A DNA stretch of 64,000 nucleotides, from positions 4,526,001-4,590,000 of the forward strand of contig UYFQ01000001.1 in assembly GCA_900617105.1 (NCBI GenBank), written 5' to 3'. Positions 59,335 through 64,000 of the stretch are shown one piece after another (position 1 is the stretch's first letter; each line of letters begins with the position of its first letter). The notes below the pieces were generated by a model, which worked only from the letters and a program-made list of their open reading frames with translations, did not search any database and was not told the DNA's origin. This DNA is from Hydrurus foetidus (lineage: Eukaryota). Made by a program: the position numbers and the translations under genes.

Positions 59335-61734
59335 TCATCGCAAAAAGCCCAAGCTAAACACCTGGGGGCGCAATTTTTCGCTCAATACTTGGTAAGCCGC
59401 CTCCATCGGGCTGAAGTTGACGGGGGCCGTATCGCCACTTGAATTGCGCGCCGCCAGTGCATTGCGAATTTGGTACCAACCCACGTCAGGGCGATTCAGC
59501 TTGTAGGTGTCGCGCACCGTGCGCACATCGGTGTGGGCAAAGTAGCCTTGCCACAGGTCGCGCCCGGCATTGAGCACTGCCTGCGCTTCAGTTGACAAGG
59601 CCAACCCTGCCAGGTACTGCACCATAAAGTCGGATTCAAATCGGTCAGGTGCGCCTACTTCGGCCTCGGTGAAGGGGATGAAGTGGTTGACGATGGACCA
59701 CTTCCTGTTTTTCCATTCAAGGTCGTTGGCGCTGGCGGTTCTGTTGCAACGGTTAAAGAGCATCCAGATTAGGCAGTCGTTTTTGAATTGGTCTGGTATT
59801 GGCTCGATGGGCTGCAGGAATTGGTCGCGGTCATTCAGCCAAGTTGGGCGAACTAAGCGGCGTACTGAGAAAACAATTGCAGCTTGCCAAAGGTTTTCTT
59901 TGGTAATAAAAAAACCACGGGCACTACCGTAGCCAGAGGAAAAAATCACCGTTTGCTGCTCGGCATGTTGCAAATCATTTCCACCAGACAACATGTAGCC
60001 TATCGCGTTATCTGCCCACTTTGTGCCCCTTAAGTCTTTGGTAGCCGTTGCTGGCGCCACCGCATTTTTCAAAGGTACCACCTCAACACTGTTCGTCTTC
60101 GGCCTTTCAAACCACTGACTCAGACATTGGCTGTTGGGGATGTTGAAAAATACTTTATCGCCTATGGCATTCGCGTCTTTGTCTAAGACCTCAGTAAGAA
60201 TTTCGGTGAATCTTTTGTTTTTACTTTGATCGGTTTTCCAAATCAGAAAACCAATAGGAAACTTTCCACTCAGCCCATCAAATGCTTGGTTATGAACAAC
60301 AAAACCGTCTAGGTACGTTGCACTCCATGCTTTCCGAAAAATCGCCAGCGTTGGTGCATTGACGTACTTCAAGGTGCTAAACATTGCAAGCGTTGCGGTT
60401 GGAATTTCTTTGGCAATTCGCGCTACAAACTGGGTAAATAGCTCATTGCTAGCTTTGCCAAACTCTGCCATCGCGGTAGCAGCAAATTTTGTCTTGGCCA
60501 CACCTGTCTTGTTTTCTGCATCGACCAAGCCTGTCGAGATGTTTTCGAAATTCGTAGCTTCCGCATAGGGTGGATTGATCAACACCAATATCTTCTTGCC
60601 CGCGGCTATCGCAGCCCGCAAAGACGCAGGCACCTTGTTGCTCAAGCTGTAGTCAATCTTGCCGTCTAGCGTGATGTCATCGTTAAGGTAGTCATACTGA
60701 AAACGCTGCGCGGCCACGCAGGTTTTGGTGGCTCTCATCACGTCAATGTCTGCCTGGTCTAGCGTAGACATATAAATGTTGCGCGGGTTGCTGTGTTTGA
60801 CCTCCAGGTTGCCTACGCCGCAGCACATGTCCCACACGATGTAGTCTTTTTGCCAGTTTTTGCCCAGCGTCTCGGTTAATTTGTCATAGGCTTTGTCCAC
60901 CACATGCAGCGGGGTGTAGTACGCACCATTGAAGCTGCGCTCGTCCAGCGGAATCAGGCTGTCTCGGCGCTCAAGCAGGTAGTCGCGGTATTCAGACTTA
61001 GGCGGCTTGTGGTAAATCGCCCAAAACTGCCGGTAGCCTTCTTTGTTGCCCAACTCGTAGTTCTTACCGCCCAGGCTAAACACTGGCGCGCCGTTTTTAT
61101 GCAGCAACTCAGCCGGCAGGTTGGCGTGAGTAGACAAGGTGCCGTCGTGCATGATGTCGGCGAAAAACAGCAGGGCATAGTCCTCTGGCTCAACGCCTTT
61201 AATTTCCTGCCCCACCATGGCCACCCATTTGTCAAATACCTGTTTCAGGTTGTCGGGTGTGATTTGCGTGCGCAGAATGTCGCCAGATTTGATGGCGGCT
61301 TTGACGGTGCTGATGAACTCGTCTTCGTGCGTGGAGATTTTGAAGGATACAAAGTGCGCGCCAATATGCGCAGAAATTTCGTCGAGCGCTTCTTGCGGGT
61401 ACTGGCTGGCAGACTTGCCCCATTTGACGGTTTTTTTGGCTAAAAAAGGCAATACGTCGGTGCTTTTCATCAGCGCCGCTTTTTGGGTGTCGATCACTGC
61501 CAAAAACGGCGGTACCGCTTCACCCTTGTTTAACGCCACCTGCACGTAATGCAGTAGCTGGGTGAACATTGCATAGCTTGAAGTTTTGCCGGTGTCTTTA
61601 GCCTCAAACCAGATCTCTTTGGTCTGGATATCAATCAGGCCTTTGGTGTAGCCCTTGAGCCCCAAAGCCTTTATGTAGGCATCTTTAACGTCTTCTTCGC
61701 TCTTGGCGGTTTGCAGTTGGGTGTGTAAGGTCAC
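59335..61734 (-). CDS. Type IIG-like fused restriction endonuclease / N6-adenine methyltransferase
   Basis: N-terminal E..D..EAK…Q..Y PD-(D/E)XK pattern, then GAYYTP (motif X), WDMCCGVGNL (motif I), NPPY (motif IV) and a C-terminal TRD-like region. Start is GTG 61734 or ATG 61797. Confidence 0.75.
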   Translation of the reverse strand: MTLHTQLQTAKSEEDVKDAYIKALGLKGYTKGLIDIQTKEIWFEAKDTGKTSSYAMFTQLLHYVQVALNKGEAVPPFLAVIDTQKAALMKSTDVLPFLAKKTVKWGKSASQYPQEALDEISAHIGAHFVSFKISTHEDEFISTVKAAIKSGDILRTQITPDNLKQVFDKWVAMVGQEIKGVEPEDYALLFFADIMHDGTLSTHANLPAELLHKNGAPVFSLGGKNYELGNKEGYRQFWAIYHKPPKSEYRDYLLERRDSLIPLDERSFNGAYYTPLHVVDKAYDKLTETLGKNWQKDYIVWDMCCGVGNLEVKHSNPRNIYMSTLDQADIDVMRATKTCVAAQRFQYDYLNDDITLDGKIDYSLSNKVPASLRAAIAAGKKILVLINPPYAEATNFENISTGLVDAENKTGVAKTKFAATAMAEFGKASNELFTQFVARIAKEIPTATLAMFSTLKYVNAPTLAIFRKAWSATYLDGFVVHNQAFDGLSGKFPIGFLIWKTDQSKNKRFTEILTEVLDKDANAIGDKVFFNIPNSQCLSQWFERPKTNSVEVVPLKNAVAPATATKDLRGTKWADNAIGYMLSGGNDLQHAEQQTVIFSSGYGSARGFFITKENLWQAAIVFSVRRLVRPTWLNDRDQFLQPIEPIPDQFKNDCLIWMLFNRCNRTASANDLEWKNRKWSIVNHFIPFTEAEVGAPDRFESDFMVQYLAGLALSTEAQAVLNAGRDLWQGYFAHTDVRTVRDTYKLNRPDVGWYQIRNALAARNSSGDTAPVNFSPMEAAYQVLSEKLRPQVFSLGFLR

Positions 61735-61798
61735 GGCTTGCGATGTTGTCGGTAGGCTTATTGAACTGAAATTTACTGGGCTACAGATAAATTTCATT

Positions 61799-61864
61799 TG
61801 GTATGAAAGTTATAGCTGCTCGCGCCCGTACTTGTTGGGCAAGCGGCCTATTTAGTACCGAAAA
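61799..61864 (-). repeat. 66-bp dispersed motif copy 17 (overlaps upp 3' end)
   Basis: Minus strand TTGCCCAACAAGTACGGGCGCGAGCAGCT…TACC. Confidence 0.85.
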
Positions 61865-62477
61865 TACGGTCCCCAGCATCACCCAGGCCCGGCAAAATGT
61901 AGCCGTGGTCATTTAACTGCCGGTCGATCGCGGCTGTGTAAATCGGCACGTCGGGGTGAGCTTTATGCAGCGTGGCGATGCCTTCGGGGCAGGTCAGCAG
62001 GCAAACGAATTTGATGGACTTGGGGTTGAGCTTTTTCAAGCGGTCAATCGCCGCAATGGCTGAGTTGCCGGTGGCCAGCATCGGGTCGACCACGATGATG
62101 TCGCGCTCGGCCATTTCGCTGGGCATTTTGAAGTAGTACTCCACCGCCTGCAGCGTGGCGGGGTCGCGGTACAGGCCGACGTGGCCTACGCGCGCGCCGG
62201 GCACCACGTTCAGCATGCCTTCCAAAATACCGTTGCCCGCCCGCAAGATGGACACAAAAACCAGTTTTTTGCCATCGATCATCTTGCCTGTCATGGTCTC
62301 CAGCGGCGTTTCAATTTGCACGTCTTGCAACGGCATGTCGCGCGTGACTTCGTATGCCATCAGGCTGGAGAGTTCATTGAGCAGGGTGCGAAAAGTGTTG
62401 GTCGATGCGTCTTTGCGGCGCATCAGCGTCAGCTTGTGCTGCACCAGCGGGTGGTTGATCAGGTGAACGTTTGACAT
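61848..62477 (-). CDS. upp: uracil phosphoribosyltransferase
   Basis: [32 protein letters not shown]. Confidence 0.97.
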   Translation of the reverse strand: MSNVHLINHPLVQHKLTLMRRKDASTNTFRTLLNELSSLMAYEVTRDMPLQDVQIETPLETMTGKMIDGKKLVFVSILRAGNGILEGMLNVVPGARVGHVGLYRDPATLQAVEYYFKMPSEMAERDIIVVDPMLATGNSAIAAIDRLKKLNPKSIKFVCLLTCPEGIATLHKAHPDVPIYTAAIDRQLNDHGYILPGLGDAGDRIFGTK

Positions 62478-62500
62478 TTAAAAATTCCTTTTTATTTGAG

Positions 62501-64000
62501 TTAACGGCGGCCGCCAAACAAGCTGCCCAGCACGCCGCGAATAATTTGCCGGCCCACCGTTGAGCCCATGGTGCGCACGGCCGACCTGGCCATGCTTTGG
62601 GCCAGGCCGTCATGCACGCCGCCGCGTGGGCCAGTGGTGCCAAACAGCACGTCTTTGAGCCCGCCCATCATGCCGCCAGATTCGGTTTGGCCTGCAGCGC
62701 CGCTGTTCGGTGCGCTTTGCGCCGTGGCAGTGCTAGTCGCCGCACGGGTTTGTAGTTTTTCGTAGGCAGATTCACGGTCAACTGCTTTTTCATACACACC
62801 TGCCACCAGCGAATTGCTGAGCAAGGCCTTGCGCTGCTCGGGCGTGATGGGGCCAATCTGGCTGCCGGGTGGCAACACGTATACGCGCTCTGTTTCAGTC
62901 GGCCTGCCTTTTGCATCCAGCAGGCTGATCAGTGCTTCGCCAACTGCCAATTCGGTAATCGCCGTTTCAATGTCGAGGCCGGGCTTTTGCCGCATGGTTT
63001 GCGCCGTGGCTTTGACGGCTTTTTGGTCACGCGGCGTGAAAGCGCGCAGTGCATGTTGCACCCGGTTGCCGAGCTGGGCCAACACAGAATCTGGAATATC
63101 CAGCGGGTTTTGCGTCACAAAATACACGCCCACGCCTTTAGAACGCACCAGCCGTACGACCAGCTCAATGCGCTCGACCAGCACCTTGGGCGCTTCATTG
63201 AACAGCAAGTGCGCCTCGTCAAAAAAGAACACCAGCTTGGGTTGGTCTAAGTCACCAACTTCGGGCAGCTGCTCAAACAGCTCAGACAGCATCCACAGCA
63301 AAAATGTGGCGTACAGGCGGGGTGCGTTCAGCAGCTTGTCGGCAGCAAGTATGTTGATAACGCCTTGGCCGTCAGTTGTCTGCATGAAGTCGCTGATGTT
63401 GAGCATCGGCTCCCCAAAAAACTTGTCTGCGCCCTGGCTTTCAATTTGCAGCAGCCCGCGCTGAATGGCGCCCACGCTGGCGGCGCTCACGTTGCCGTAC
63501 TGGGTGGTGAACTCGCTGCCGTTGTCGCCCACGTACTGCAACATGGCGCGCAGGTCTTTCAGGTCCAGCAGCAGCATGGCGTTGTCGTCGGCAATTTTGA
63601 AGACGATGTTCAGCACGCCGGCCTGCGTCTCATTGAGGTTCAGCATGCGCCCCAAGAGCAGCGGGCCCATGTCTGAAATGGTGGCGCGCACTGGGTGGCC
63701 TTGCTCGCCGAACACGTCCCACAGGGTGGCGGGGCAGGCGGCAGAAACTGGTGTTTCTATGCTGCGTTCTTTTAGAATGCTGGCCATTTTTTCGCCGATT
63801 TTGCCGGCCTGGCTGATGCCTGTGAGGTCGCCCTTCACATCGGCCATAAACACGGGCACGCCGATTTTTGAGAAGTTCTCGGCCAACGTTTGCAGCGTGA
63901 CGGTTTTACCGGTACCGGTAGCGCCAGTAATCAAGCCATGGCGGTTGGCTAGCGCGGGCAGCAGGGCGCAGGTGGTGGCGGCGTTTTTGGCAATTAAAAG
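62501..64000 (-). CDS. DUF853/YjgR HerA-FtsK-superfamily ATPase (5' end beyond window)
   Basis: [27 protein letters not shown]; the frame stays open to the right edge. Confidence 0.9.
   Translation of the reverse strand, partial: LLIAKNAATTCALLPALANRHGLITGATGTGKTVTLQTLAENFSKIGVPVFMADVKGDLTGISQAGKIGEKMASILKERSIETPVSAACPATLWDVFGEQGHPVRATISDMGPLLLGRMLNLNETQAGVLNIVFKIADDNAMLLLDLKDLRAMLQYVGDNGSEFTTQYGNVSAASVGAIQRGLLQIESQGADKFFGEPMLNISDFMQTTDGQGVINILAADKLLNAPRLYATFLLWMLSELFEQLPEVGDLDQPKLVFFFDEAHLLFNEAPKVLVERIELVVRLVRSKGVGVYFVTQNPLDIPDSVLAQLGNRVQHALRAFTPRDQKAVKATAQTMRQKPGLDIETAITELAVGEALISLLDAKGRPTETERVYVLPPGSQIGPITPEQRKALLSNSLVAGVYEKAVDRESAYEKLQTRAATSTATAQSAPNSGAAGQTESGGMMGGLKDVLFGTTGPRGGVHDGLAQSMARSAVRTMGSTVGRQIIRGVLGSLFGGRR

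Noticed and set aside
62501..64000. HerA-like ATPase as part of the defence module
   Set aside because: It is the DUF853/YjgR type with host-like codon use, separated from the module by upp, and no NurA or Sir2 partner is visible.

Overview
This 64-kb window is chromosomal DNA from a betaproteobacterium; gene content and order suggest Comamonadaceae (Polaromonas/Rhodoferax-like), which is an inference. The left part is an aromatic-catabolism region: partial pobA, a LIV-type ABC importer, benzoate-CoA ligase, a flavodoxin and boxR-boxC-boxB, with no boxA or boxD in the cluster. An IS4 element sits there inside a REP-like palindrome, itself inside a MITE-like repeat. The middle holds tRNA-Arg and tRNA-Pro, acyl-CoA metabolism genes, a fimV-like gene, lexA with two SOS boxes, two pseudogenes and housekeeping genes (adk, kdsB, lpxK, exbBD, xseA, sodB, icd, clpSA, sbcB). 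The right part has brnTA, trhO, LysR-Bug-M20 amidohydrolase, a glycine riboswitch with dadA, panE, a putative defence module (Type IIG-like RM, Phd/ParE TA, EVE), upp and a partial DUF853 ATPase. The most striking unexplained signal is a degenerate ~66-bp motif of fixed internal spacing, found 17 times on both strands. Four copies lie in-frame inside intact genes, which fits a DNA-uptake or chromosome-architecture signal better than a simple transposon. Other notable candidates are a flavodoxin replacing BoxA, a +1 frameshift in the IS4 transposase, a structured + strand RNA and a DARS-like DnaA-box cluster. All calls were made by eye, without database searches.
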